Shown here in pieces: positions 8,805 through 18,407 of a DNA stretch of 64,000 nt (positions within the stretch are counted from its first letter, which is position 1; the number at the start of each line of letters is the position of its first letter). Below the pieces are notes generated by a model that made no database searches, was not told the origin of the DNA, and worked only from the letters and a program-made list of their open reading frames with translations. The stretch is from a virus. Made by a program: the position numbers and the translations under genes. The DNA lies in the IMG/VR virus record IMGVR_UViG_3300021197_001365, positions 13,736 through 77,735 of that record. The stretch is one strand, 5' to 3'.

Positions 8805-9037
8805 TGCACGACGCACTTATGGAACATTGGAATACTAGAGATACGTGCCCGAACTGTGGAGAAACTCTTGAGGGGGATGGGTATAGTAATGGTAATCCTG
8901 TACGATGCCCTAACGCTTTAGAAGAGGACTGGTGGTATTCTGAGCCCGACAGCGGGCCTTGGTTCTGTAGTATAGATGACGACTATGATGAGCCTACCGA
9001 AATGGATGAGTGGGCTTCTTTTGATCCGGACTGTTAA
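8804..9037 (+). CDS. Small acidic zinc-finger protein
   Basis: CPNCG...CPN; acidic C-terminus DDDYDEPTEMDEWASFDPDC; TAATG coupling both sides. Confidence 0.75.
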   Translation: MHDALMEHWNTRDTCPNCGETLEGDGYSNGNPVRCPNALEEDWWYSEPDSGPWFCSIDDDYDEPTEMDEWASFDPDC

Positions 9038-9870
9038 TGAACGTAGAAGAGTTATTACAATCTAAACAGGTTCCGTTTATACCGAAAGGTAAGGATTATG
9101 TAGTATCGTGCCTAAGTCCTGAGCACGATGATAGTAACCCAAGTATGCGGGTTGACCAGATTACAGGTATATTTCATTGTTTCTCTTGTGGTTACAAGGG
9201 AAATCTTTTTGTGCATTTTGGAGAAAAGGCAAGTTTTCTACACTTACGCAGAGAACTACTTAAGAAAAAAATTCGTGAAAAGAGAGCTGAAAGTGTGGGC
9301 TTGCCTTTTCCCCGAAGTGCATTACCTTATGTAGGTAATTGGAGAAATATTAAACCAGAAACCTATCGTAAGTTTGAAGCTTTCCAAGAACATGAAAGTT
9401 TTATAGGCAGAGTTGTATTTCCTATTCGTGATATGTCTGGGCGGATAGTTGCTTTTAATGCACGACATATGACAGGAGGTACTCCAAAGTATCTAATTAG
9501 CCCGCCTGGGGCACGAATGCCTCTCTTTCCGGCAAAGATAGATTCTATACAAGCTAGTGTTATTCTTGTAGAAGGAATCTATGATATGCTTAATTTACAT
9601 GACAAAGGACTTACCAATGCGGTTTGTTGTTTTGGTACTCGCAATATCAATGAGGAAAAATTATCAATTCTTCGGCTCCAGGGTATAGAAGAAGCCATCG
9701 TATTTTTTGATGGAGATGAAGCAGGCCAAGCAGCCGCAATAAAAGTTCAAGAGATGTGTAAGAACGTAGACCTGCTAACACGAAATATTAATATAGCAGA
9801 TATAGACCCTGGTGCTCTTACCGAGAATCAAGTGGAGAAGTTAAAAAGTAAACTCTATAAAGGAGTATAG
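9037..9870 (+). CDS. DNA primase (CHC2 zinc finger + TOPRIM)
   Basis: C...H.D..PS...FHCFSCG; LVEGIYD; FDGDEAG. Confidence 0.93.
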   Translation: MNVEELLQSKQVPFIPKGKDYVVSCLSPEHDDSNPSMRVDQITGIFHCFSCGYKGNLFVHFGEKASFLHLRRELLKKKIREKRAESVGLPFPRSALPYVGNWRNIKPETYRKFEAFQEHESFIGRVVFPIRDMSGRIVAFNARHMTGGTPKYLISPPGARMPLFPAKIDSIQASVILVEGIYDMLNLHDKGLTNAVCCFGTRNINEEKLSILRLQGIEEAIVFFDGDEAGQAAAIKVQEMCKNVDLLTRNINIADIDPGALTENQVEKLKSKLYKGV

Positions 9871-9871
9871 T

Positions 9872-12142
9872 ATGACGAGCTCAAAGGTTGCTCTAATAGA
9901 AACCAAACCAAGTAGAACGAATTTCAAACAAGAATTTGATAGTGCTTTTGATTTTGACCAGTTTCAGCTTTGTTCAGATCCAAGTATTAAAAAAGTACTC
10001 AAGCGAGACTGTGACATTGATATTGATACAGACTTATATGATTGGGTCATTCTAGTAGGATCAGACGCACTAAAGTACTTTACTAAAATTAATTCCGTAA
10101 CAGAATATTCTGGAAAGAAGGTAGAAGAAAAGTTTCTGCCTGTAATCAATCCATCAATGCTTGCTTTCAAACCAGAAGCCCGCAGTACTTGGGAATCTTC
10201 AAAAGAAAACATCATTGCATATATTCGAGGAGAAATAGAAGAGGTCATTATAGATGATTCTATCGCCTTTGGTATTCAGGATACAGAGGAAGCTATTGCA
10301 TTTCTCAAGAAAGCTATCAAACACCCCAGTACCTTTATCGCACTGGACTCAGAAACTACTGGACTCTACCCTCGGGACGGTCATATGCTGGGTATTAGCC
10401 TTTGCTATGACGGGGCTACTGGGGCTTATATTGATACTGAATGTTTTGATGACAGAGTTGAACAACTATTGGCAGAGCTATGCCGTAAAAAGACAGTAGT
10501 ATTTCATAACGCAAAGTTCGATATTGCATTTTTTGAATATCACTTTGGTATAGAATTTCCAAGTTTTGAAGATACTATGCTGCTTCATTACTTGATTGAT
10601 GAGAACCCTGGCACACATGGATTGAAACAACTATCGCTAAAGTATAGTCCTTATGGAGATTATGAGAAGCCCATGTATGACTGGATTGATCAGTATAGAA
10701 AAGAGCGGGGCATATTAAAAGCAGAGTTTCAGTGGGGATCTATTCCTTTTGATGTAATGAAAACTTATGCTGCAATGGATGCAGTATGTACCTCAATAAT
10801 TTATGAGAAGTTTGTTAAGATCAAGCAGAACAAGAAGTTGGCATGGGTGTACGATAACATTCTTATCCCAGGTTGCCGCTTCTTAATTGATACACAAGAT
10901 AATGGAGTGCCTTTTGATGCAGGACGACTACAAAAGTCTCAGTACCTTATGCAACACGACATTGATAATGCTATCATTTCTCTGTATGAGAACCCAAAGA
11001 TTCGTCAGTTTGAGAAGTCAAATGATGGAGAGTTTAATCCAAATAGCACTGTTCAGCTTCGTAAGTTACTATTCGATTATCTAGGGTTGAGACCAACGGG
11101 TAAGAAAACAGGAACAGGCGCAGACTCAACAGATGCAGAAGTACTTAAAGCATTGGAGTCACAATCAGAGGTACCCGGACTTATTCTGGATATTCGACAA
11201 AAGTCAAAAATCAAGAACACTTACTTAGACAAGATTATTCCACAGCTAAATAAAGATAGTCGTTTAAGAACAAATTTCAATCTACATGGCACTACTTCCG
11301 GCAGGTTGTCCAGTAGTGGTAAGTTAAATATGCAGCAGTTGCCTCGTGATAATCCTATTGTAAAAGGATGTATTAAAGCAGCTCCAGGTCATAAGATTGT
11401 AGCAATGGACTTGACCACTGCAGAAGTATATGTTGCAGCAAAACTTGCAGAAGATAATGCTCTAATGAATGTATTTCGTAGTGGTGGTAATTTTCACAGT
11501 ACAATTGCAAAAACAGTTTTCAAATTATCCTGTGAAGTAGAAGAGGTAGCAGAGTTTTATGGAACACAAAGACAGGCTGCAAAAGCAGTAACATTTGGTA
11601 TTATGTATGGCGCAGGGCCAAAGAAGATTAGTGAGCAAGTTACTAAGGATTCGGGTACGCACTTTAGCCAACAAGAGGCAAAAGAAGTTATTGATGACTA
11701 TTTTGATTCCTTCCACAAACTAAGAAAGTGGATTGACAACAATCAAAAATTTATTGAAGCAAATGGATTTATTTATAGTTTCTTTGGCCGGAAAAGGAGG
11801 TTGCCTAATGTCAAATCGTCAGACGCAGGCATCAAGAGTCATAGCATTAGGTCTGGTCTTAATTTTTTGGTGCAGTCTGCTGCTAGTGATATCAACTTGC
11901 TCGGTGCCATAGATATGGGACAGTTCATCAAGAGCCAAAGAATGAAGGCAAGAATTTTTGCTTTAGTACATGACTCGATTTTGGCAGAGGTTCCAGAGGA
12001 TGAGATTGAGTTCTATTCAGAAATGTTACAGAAGTTTATACAAATGGATAGAGGTATATCTATTCCAGGAGCTCCGGTGGGTTGTGATTTTGAAGTCGGA
12101 GAAGACTATTCAATGGGTAAATACGAGAAGTTTTATCTTTGA
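9872..12142 (+). CDS. polA: Family A DNA polymerase with 3'-5' exonuclease
   Basis: DSETTGL, HNAKFD, YAAMDA, TTSGRLSS, RQAAKAVTFGIMYG (Phe at 762-equivalent), LVHDS. Confidence 0.97.
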   Translation: MTSSKVALIETKPSRTNFKQEFDSAFDFDQFQLCSDPSIKKVLKRDCDIDIDTDLYDWVILVGSDALKYFTKINSVTEYSGKKVEEKFLPVINPSMLAFKPEARSTWESSKENIIAYIRGEIEEVIIDDSIAFGIQDTEEAIAFLKKAIKHPSTFIALDSETTGLYPRDGHMLGISLCYDGATGAYIDTECFDDRVEQLLAELCRKKTVVFHNAKFDIAFFEYHFGIEFPSFEDTMLLHYLIDENPGTHGLKQLSLKYSPYGDYEKPMYDWIDQYRKERGILKAEFQWGSIPFDVMKTYAAMDAVCTSIIYEKFVKIKQNKKLAWVYDNILIPGCRFLIDTQDNGVPFDAGRLQKSQYLMQHDIDNAIISLYENPKIRQFEKSNDGEFNPNSTVQLRKLLFDYLGLRPTGKKTGTGADSTDAEVLKALESQSEVPGLILDIRQKSKIKNTYLDKIIPQLNKDSRLRTNFNLHGTTSGRLSSSGKLNMQQLPRDNPIVKGCIKAAPGHKIVAMDLTTAEVYVAAKLAEDNALMNVFRSGGNFHSTIAKTVFKLSCEVEEVAEFYGTQRQAAKAVTFGIMYGAGPKKISEQVTKDSGTHFSQQEAKEVIDDYFDSFHKLRKWIDNNQKFIEANGFIYSFFGRKRRLPNVKSSDAGIKSHSIRSGLNFLVQSAASDINLLGAIDMGQFIKSQRMKARIFALVHDSILAEVPEDEIEFYSEMLQKFIQMDRGISIPGAPVGCDFEVGEDYSMGKYEKFYL

Positions 12143-12630
12143 TAGTAAACTACAATAATTTAACAAAAATAACATTTCCTGTCTACAAGATTCCCAATAG
12201 TAACTGGGAGCTTGTAGACGGGCTCTTATTTTTAGATAATGAAGTTTTAGATGACAGAAATCAAAAAGGAAAAACTCTTGGTATAAGGCGTGCACAAACT
12301 TCATTTGATTTATTTCCGTTGAAGCATTCAATAGCCAGTCTTACAGGTATTTTAAAGCAGAATGACAAAACTTTTATAGACACAAAGGGTACTCCTTTTA
12401 TCTATCAAAAAACAAGAAATTCTGCTTTAAAGTATTATAAGATAAGAAAAGTAGAGCAGAAAGGAGTAGTTTCCATATTGTGGCTAAAAGATATTAAGTC
12501 GCCATTTACAATTCCTCGTCCCCCGCCTTTGGGAATGACTTGGGCGGGTGTTTTACATATCGAATCTTGGCCGTGGATTTTGTACTGCTATTCTAAAACG
12601 TATCAGAAACCTTCTAGAAGAAAAATATGA
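12139..12630 (+). CDS. Conserved T5-like hypothetical protein between pol and D10
   Basis: Overlap-coupled to neighbours; FIDTKGTPFIY motif; synteny. Confidence 0.75.
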   Translation: MIVNYNNLTKITFPVYKIPNSNWELVDGLLFLDNEVLDDRNQKGKTLGIRRAQTSFDLFPLKHSIASLTGILKQNDKTFIDTKGTPFIYQKTRNSALKYYKIRKVEQKGVVSILWLKDIKSPFTIPRPPPLGMTWAGVLHIESWPWILYCYSKTYQKPSRRKI

Positions 12631-13910
12631 AAGCAGTAATTAGTAATCGTATATATTTAGAATGCAATCGTGAGTTTAGAGAAGCGCTCTCTAAAGAACT
12701 TACATATAAAATTATGCCTAGAAATCCTAATGATCCTCCAATCATTATTAAAAATATGGCTCGAATACGAGAAAACTTAGTAACTCTTCCAATAGGAAGA
12801 ACGGATCTTATACCTAATCATTATGAAATTGTTGACAAGAGGACTCTGGTGCCTGTTGATTTTCCTGATTTTCGCTATGTACTCCGCGAATCTCAACAAG
12901 CCGTCTACGAAGAACTCGATGATAACTGTATCATCAATGCGTGGGTAAGTTGGGGAAAGACCTTTACGGGACTAGCAATAGCTGGAAGGTTAGGACAAAA
13001 AACGTTAGTAGTCGTGCATACTGTACCATTACGAAACCAATGGGCAAAGGAAGTAGAGAAAGTCTATGGCTTTACTCCTGGAATCATAGGAAGCGGTAAG
13101 TTTGATATTGAACCGCCTATTGTAATAGGAAATACACAGAGTCTTTATCGAAACATTCCAAAGATTCAAAAACAATTTGGTACAATTATTCTTGATGAAA
13201 TGCATCATGTAAGTAGCCCCACTTTTTCTAAAATTATCGACACAAACTATGCAAGATATAAGATAGGATTATCGGGCACTATTGAAAGAAAAGATGGTAA
13301 GCACGTAGTTTTTCGTGATTACTTTGGAAGTAAGATATTTAAACCGCCAAAAGAAAATTTTATGACACCTAAAGTCCATATAATCAAATCAGATGTTCGT
13401 TTTATGGATGGAGCTAGAATACCTTGGGCAAATAGAGTAACAAGTCTTGCAAATGATGAGGAGTATAAACATATGATTTCTATGTTATCTTCTTTTTATG
13501 CTGCAAAAGGACACAAAGTGTTAGTAGTTTCAGATCGAGTTAGCTTTTTAAAAAACTGCTCTGCCTTAGTTGGAGAAACTGCAATTTGTGTAACAGGAGA
13601 AGTACCCCATGAAGAACGTGAAACCCTTCTTGATGAAATTAACTACGGAAATAAAAACATACTGTTTGGTACTCAAGCGATATTTAGTGAAGGAATTTCA
13701 GTCAATTCCCTCTCTGTGCTTATACTCGGTACCCCTATCAACAACGAACCCCTTCTCACCCAGCTCATCGGAAGAGTTATCCGAGAGCAAGAAGGAAAAC
13801 CCACCCCTGTAATAATAGATATTCACTTAAAAGGAAATACTGCTCGAAAGCAGGCTTCAAATAGAATGGGTTACTATATAAAGCAGGGTTGGAAAATAAC
13901 TCAAACATAG
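12627..13910 (+). CDS. D10: SF2 DNA helicase (T5 D10 / UvsW-like)
   Basis: VSWGKT, ILDEMHH, GLSGT, QLIGRVIR. Confidence 0.92.
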   Translation: MKAVISNRIYLECNREFREALSKELTYKIMPRNPNDPPIIIKNMARIRENLVTLPIGRTDLIPNHYEIVDKRTLVPVDFPDFRYVLRESQQAVYEELDDNCIINAWVSWGKTFTGLAIAGRLGQKTLVVVHTVPLRNQWAKEVEKVYGFTPGIIGSGKFDIEPPIVIGNTQSLYRNIPKIQKQFGTIILDEMHHVSSPTFSKIIDTNYARYKIGLSGTIERKDGKHVVFRDYFGSKIFKPPKENFMTPKVHIIKSDVRFMDGARIPWANRVTSLANDEEYKHMISMLSSFYAAKGHKVLVVSDRVSFLKNCSALVGETAICVTGEVPHEERETLLDEINYGNKNILFGTQAIFSEGISVNSLSVLILGTPINNEPLLTQLIGRVIREQEGKPTPVIIDIHLKGNTARKQASNRMGYYIKQGWKITQT

Positions 13911-13950
13911 AAAAATAGTTCTTGACAATAACCTTAATTTTTAGTATAAT
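13911..13950 (+). promoter_or_regulatory. sigma70-type phage promoter
   Basis: AAAAATAGTTC-TTGACA (13922-13927), 17 bp, TATAAT (13945-13950). Confidence 0.9.
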
Positions 13951-13952
13951 AT

Positions 13953-14363
13953 ATGCTTCTATATGACTGGCAAAAAATCTTTACCGCAGCATCGGGTAAA
14001 CCAAGTACAATCTTCTTAATCTTTGAGATGCTTGTAAAAAAGTCTATACCGGAAAATAGGTTTGATCCTACTTACCGTTTTTCTGACTTAAACTTTACAG
14101 GTGATTCGTTCTTGGCACATCCCGATGTTCTTTTGTATAATTCATTTAGACACCCTCGTCGTGATGTTGCTCTGTACTTGGCCTTGGCTAGTATGAGGTC
14201 TTTAGCAGAGTTTCTTATCAACGACAAAACAACGCTAGATCTCTTGGAATGTCCACTAGATCCTTTTGAACACTTAGAAGATGATAGGCTACTTTATATC
14301 GAAGATAATGAAATACATTTTTTATATGAAGAAGTCCCAAAGGAGAAAACACAATGGCATTAA
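13953..14363 (+). CDS. Conserved T5-like hypothetical protein
   Basis: Position between D10 and D11; YLALASMR...IHFLYEE. Confidence 0.75.
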   Translation: MLLYDWQKIFTAASGKPSTIFLIFEMLVKKSIPENRFDPTYRFSDLNFTGDSFLAHPDVLLYNSFRHPRRDVALYLALASMRSLAEFLINDKTTLDLLECPLDPFEHLEDDRLLYIEDNEIHFLYEEVPKEKTQWH

Positions 14364-14983
14364 GCTTTAACAAGTCAAAGGGCGCTGCCCAAAAATCTAA
14401 CATCACCACTTTTGGTTATCAAGATGGTGATAACTCAGTACGTCTCGTAGGCGATATTCTTGCTCGATATGTATACTGGGTTACAGGCGAAAACGATAAG
14501 AATATTCCTCTGGAGTGTATGTCGTTTGATCGTAATGAAGAGCGGTTCAACAACAAAGAAAAAGATTGGGTTCGTGAGTACTACCCCGATCTAAAGTGTG
14601 GCTGGAGCTACGCAATGCAATGCATTCACAACGGTGAAGTCAAAGTAATCAATCTAAAGAAGAAGCTGTGGGAGCAAATTCTTACTGCTGCAGAGGATCT
14701 TGGAGATCCTACTGATTCTGAGACTGGTTGGGATGTTAAGTTCAAGCGAGTTAAGACCGGCCCACTGGCTTATAATGTAGAGTATCAGCTTCAAGTATTG
14801 AAGTGCAAGCCCCGTGCTCTGACTGATGAGGAAGCGGAACTTGTAGCATCTTTGAAGTCTATGGATGATGTTATGCCTCGTCCTACTCCGGATGCTCAAA
14901 AAGAGCTGTTGGATCGTATTCGACAGCCCGCAACAAATGAAATTGATGAAGAAGCACTTGATGCGGAGTTTGCTATTTCATGA
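14354..14983 (+). CDS. D11: T5 D11-like ssDNA-binding protein
   Basis: AGGAG RBS; gp32-like features (DLGDPTDSETGWDVKFKR), acidic C-tail; synteny. Confidence 0.85.
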   Translation: MALSFNKSKGAAQKSNITTFGYQDGDNSVRLVGDILARYVYWVTGENDKNIPLECMSFDRNEERFNNKEKDWVREYYPDLKCGWSYAMQCIHNGEVKVINLKKKLWEQILTAAEDLGDPTDSETGWDVKFKRVKTGPLAYNVEYQLQVLKCKPRALTDEEAELVASLKSMDDVMPRPTPDAQKELLDRIRQPATNEIDEEALDAEFAIS

Positions 14984-15939
14984 TCCTTTTTACGGCAGAC
15001 TGGCACTTAAAGCTAGGTCAGAAAAATGTTCCACGCGAGTGGGCACTCAACCGTTATAAATTATTTTTTGAGCAGATTCATTCTCTCGAAAAGCAATGCA
15101 ATATGCATATTATAGGTGGAGACCTTTTTGACCGTCTGCCGAACATGGAAGAACTGGAACTGTACTTTTCGTTTATTCGGAAAGTACAGATTCCGACTCT
15201 TATCTATGATGGCAATCATGAAGCTACAAAGAAGAACAAAACATTTTTTACTCAGCTAAAGCAAGTGAGTAGAGATATTAACCCTTTAGTACAAATAGTG
15301 GATATTTCGTATCATGATTCCGATTTTGGTTTTGGTGTTCTTCCTTACGCCGACTTACATAGAAAAGGAAGCATTGAGAAGTTTGTACAAACAGAACCAC
15401 TCTTTACTCATGTACGAGGGGAGATACCTCCGCACGTCAAGCCAGAGGTGGACTTAGACAGATTTGAGGATTTTCCAATCGTCTTTGCAGGCGATTTACA
15501 CGCACATAGTAATACACAAAAAAATATTGTATACCCTGGCTCGCCTATGACTACTTCTTTTCATAGAACAGAAGTAAAGACAGGCTGTATCTTGATTAAT
15601 CCAAATGATTGGTCATGGATATGGGAACCGTTTGATCTACCACAGTTACTTCGTAAAACTGTATCTGATCCAGCTGAAATGATTCCTACAGACTTTCATC
15701 ATACAATCTATGAGATAGAAGGAGATATTCAGGATCTAGCCGCTATTAAGAATAGTGAGCTGTTAGATAAAAAAGTTGTAAAGCGTAGTAGTGAAGCAAC
15801 TTTAGTAATAGAAAAAGATATGAGCATCCAAGAAGAGTTGGCAGAATATCTTGCATACATCTTGGAATTAGAAGAAGATAAAATACAAAGTATAGTAGGT
15901 ACTTTTAATGATTACGCTCAAAAAGTTGCAGTGGGATAA
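14980..15939 (+). CDS. D12: SbcD/Mre11-like nuclease (T5 D12)
   Basis: TADWH, GGDLFD, GNHE, GDLH, YPGS metallophosphoesterase motifs. Confidence 0.93.
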   Translation: MILFTADWHLKLGQKNVPREWALNRYKLFFEQIHSLEKQCNMHIIGGDLFDRLPNMEELELYFSFIRKVQIPTLIYDGNHEATKKNKTFFTQLKQVSRDINPLVQIVDISYHDSDFGFGVLPYADLHRKGSIEKFVQTEPLFTHVRGEIPPHVKPEVDLDRFEDFPIVFAGDLHAHSNTQKNIVYPGSPMTTSFHRTEVKTGCILINPNDWSWIWEPFDLPQLLRKTVSDPAEMIPTDFHHTIYEIEGDIQDLAAIKNSELLDKKVVKRSSEATLVIEKDMSIQEELAEYLAYILELEEDKIQSIVGTFNDYAQKVAVG

Positions 15940-17704
15940 TTGTTTTAGCTATGGCTCTAACAATATATTAGACCTACAAGAAAATACAGTAACTCAAATT
16001 ATTGGCACTAACGGTATGGGGAAGTCCTCTATACCGTTAATTATTGAGGAAGCCTTATTTAATAAAAACTCAAAAGGTATTAAAAAGGCAGACATTCCGA
16101 ATCGTTATGTAAACAATGGCTATCACATCTATTTGGAATTTTCCAAAGATACGGATGAGTATAGTATCGAAATTGATAGAAAGTCAAGTATAAAAGTCAA
16201 GCTAGTAGAAAATGGAGACGATATTTCTAGTCATACAGCTACAAACACTTTTAAAACAATTCAAGATATTCTTGGTGTTGATTTCAAAACTTTCTCTCAA
16301 CTAGTCTATCAAAATACAAATGCCAGTCTACAGTTTCTTACGGCTACTGACACGACTCGTAAAAAGTTTTTGATTGACTTACTACACCTGGAAGAGTATG
16401 TAGAACTATTTGAAGTATTTAAAAATACCTCAAGAGAGCTTTCAAATGAAATTGCAGGGATTCGATCAAAGATAGCAACAGTAGAAAAATGGTTGACAGA
16501 TAATAAATTAGAGGATACAACCATACTGCCAATGTTAAAAATTGAAAATGATACGGCAGAACTTGAGAAGGATTTCCGTTCTTTAACGATGGGAATTGAA
16601 AATATTTCCGAAAAAAATAAAAAAATCTCAAAAAATAATCAGTACATAAAGCTGTTGAAAGATATTGATATTGATAAAGTTCAGAATATCGAAATTAATG
16701 AAAAACAATCCTATGATGGCTTACAAGCAGACTTAGGAACCTTAAACGGGGTCGTAACGGGGTCACGAAAACTTATTAAAAAGTTGCACGACTTAGAAGA
16801 TAAATGCCCAACTTGTGAGCAAACAGTTCCAGAAACTTTTAAACAAACACTGATTGCGGAAGAGACGGGTAAGATTTCTTACGCACAGGAGAAAATGAGT
16901 GACATTACAACAAGAATTGAACAAATTAAGCGACAAAATGAGCAGTTTGAATACAAAACAAAAATGCAGCGAGATTGGGAAGACCTCTACCGAAGTGTTG
17001 ACCGAACTCTCCCAGTGGCCCTCGTGGATAAAGGAGAGCTCGAAAGGCGCTTGGAGAGAGTACGAGCTGACTTGGTTTCGGTGCAAGAGTGTATATCGAG
17101 CACGGCAAAGGAAAATGAAAGACGAACTCGACAGAACACACGCATCCAAGTAATTCAAGAGCAAACAGACGAATTTATCAATCAATTAAATGAAGCAGAG
17201 AGTAGCCTTTCTAATTTAGATTCTTTGTACTCGAACTTAGAAGTGCTGAAAAAAGCATTTAGTACAAATGGCCTCATTGCATACAAGATTGAAAATCTAG
17301 TCAAAGAGCTCGAAGAGCTTGTAAATACATACTTAGCGGAGCTATCAGATGGGCGATTCACTTTGGAGTTTGTTGTGTCAAACGATAAACTCAACGTTCA
17401 GATCACTGATAATGGCAACATTGTGGATATCCTTGCTCTTTCTTCTGGCGAGCTTGCTAGGGTAAATACAGCTACTCTTATAGCTATTCGTAAACTTATG
17501 AGTAGCATATCGAAGTCCAGAATAAATATACTCTTTCTGGACGAAGTTATAAACGTACTCGACGAAACAGGTAGAGAAAAGCTGGTAGAAGTTTTACTTG
17601 AAGAAGACAACTTAAATACTTATGTAGTAAGTCATGGTTGGACTCATCCTCTTCTTGAAAAAATCGAAGTCGTTAAGCGAGAAAATGTGAGCGCACTAGA
17701 ATGA
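15908..17704 (+). CDS. D13: SbcC/Rad50-like ATPase (T5 D13)
   Basis: GTNGMGKSS, zinc hook CPTC, LSSGE, LFLDE, VVSH. Confidence 0.94.
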   Translation: MITLKKLQWDNCFSYGSNNILDLQENTVTQIIGTNGMGKSSIPLIIEEALFNKNSKGIKKADIPNRYVNNGYHIYLEFSKDTDEYSIEIDRKSSIKVKLVENGDDISSHTATNTFKTIQDILGVDFKTFSQLVYQNTNASLQFLTATDTTRKKFLIDLLHLEEYVELFEVFKNTSRELSNEIAGIRSKIATVEKWLTDNKLEDTTILPMLKIENDTAELEKDFRSLTMGIENISEKNKKISKNNQYIKLLKDIDIDKVQNIEINEKQSYDGLQADLGTLNGVVTGSRKLIKKLHDLEDKCPTCEQTVPETFKQTLIAEETGKISYAQEKMSDITTRIEQIKRQNEQFEYKTKMQRDWEDLYRSVDRTLPVALVDKGELERRLERVRADLVSVQECISSTAKENERRTRQNTRIQVIQEQTDEFINQLNEAESSLSNLDSLYSNLEVLKKAFSTNGLIAYKIENLVKELEELVNTYLAELSDGRFTLEFVVSNDKLNVQITDNGNIVDILALSSGELARVNTATLIAIRKLMSSISKSRINILFLDEVINVLDETGREKLVEVLLEEDNLNTYVVSHGWTHPLLEKIEVVKRENVSALE

Positions 17705-17761
17705 GTCGACAGTCTTCAGCTAGAAGAACATGGTTACTATCAAAACAAAAGGAAGAAGAAA

Positions 17762-17968
17762 ATGAAAACACTGATACTGGAAGCCCTCCAGGCGAAGTAC
17801 TTCGGGAAGATCAAGGAAGCTCAAGCAAACATCGAGATATATCTGGAAAACCCAGTTGGTATTGGAGAGCATCCCGAAATACTCGACGCCATTGATACAC
17901 AAGTAGCAAAGCTCGCAGAAGCCCAAGAAAAGTTTGACGTATTAAAAGAGTTTACCGATGGTGGATAG
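17762..17968 (+). CDS. Small conserved phage hypothetical protein
   Basis: ANIEIYLENPVGIGEHPEILDAID motif seen in aquatic phage proteins; overlaps D14 start. Confidence 0.75.
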   Translation: MKTLILEALQAKYFGKIKEAQANIEIYLENPVGIGEHPEILDAIDTQVAKLAEAQEKFDVLKEFTDGG

Positions 17969-18407
17969 TAGAGCAAAAGGTGCGCGGGGTGAGTATTTAG
18001 TACGAGATATGTTAAGAGAGTCGACAGGGCTTCAGTTTGAAAGAGTCCCTGCTTCTGGGGCGCTAGAGTATTTGAAAGGAGACTTATATGTGCCTCACGA
18101 AAAAAACAGATTTTGTATCGAAGTAAAAAACTATTCAGAGTCGCCTCTCAATGATAAAATTTTCACAGCAAAAAAGACAAATAATCTTATACGCTGGTGG
18201 AACAAAGTAAAGCAGCAGGCAGAGCAAGGGAATCAAGAACCACTACTATTTTTTAAATATAATAGATCACCAGTATTTGTAGTATTTGAGGACACGCCCC
18301 AAGCAGCTACAGATCGTTGGATTCGTATAGAGTGGTTAAATTGTTTTGTAATGCTTGCAGAAGAATGGCTAGAAAAAGAAGAGCCGAGGTTTTTAAATGG
18401 CATTTAG
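17958..18407 (+). CDS. D14: Holliday-junction resolvase-like PD-(D/E)XK nuclease (T5 D14)
   Basis: SRAKGARGE, RVPASGA, GDL, IEVK. Confidence 0.9.
   Translation: MVDSRAKGARGEYLVRDMLRESTGLQFERVPASGALEYLKGDLYVPHEKNRFCIEVKNYSESPLNDKIFTAKKTNNLIRWWNKVKQQAEQGNQEPLLFFKYNRSPVFVVFEDTPQAATDRWIRIEWLNCFVMLAEEWLEKEEPRFLNGI

Noticed and set aside
16745-16764. Short direct repeat AACGGGGTC x2 in D13
   Set aside because: Too short, within coding sequence; consistent with chance
17701-17895. 64-aa ORF starting at the D13 stop (ATGA overlap)
   Set aside because: Mostly overlaps the better-supported 17762-17968 gene in another frame and has no recognisable motif; at most a translational coupler
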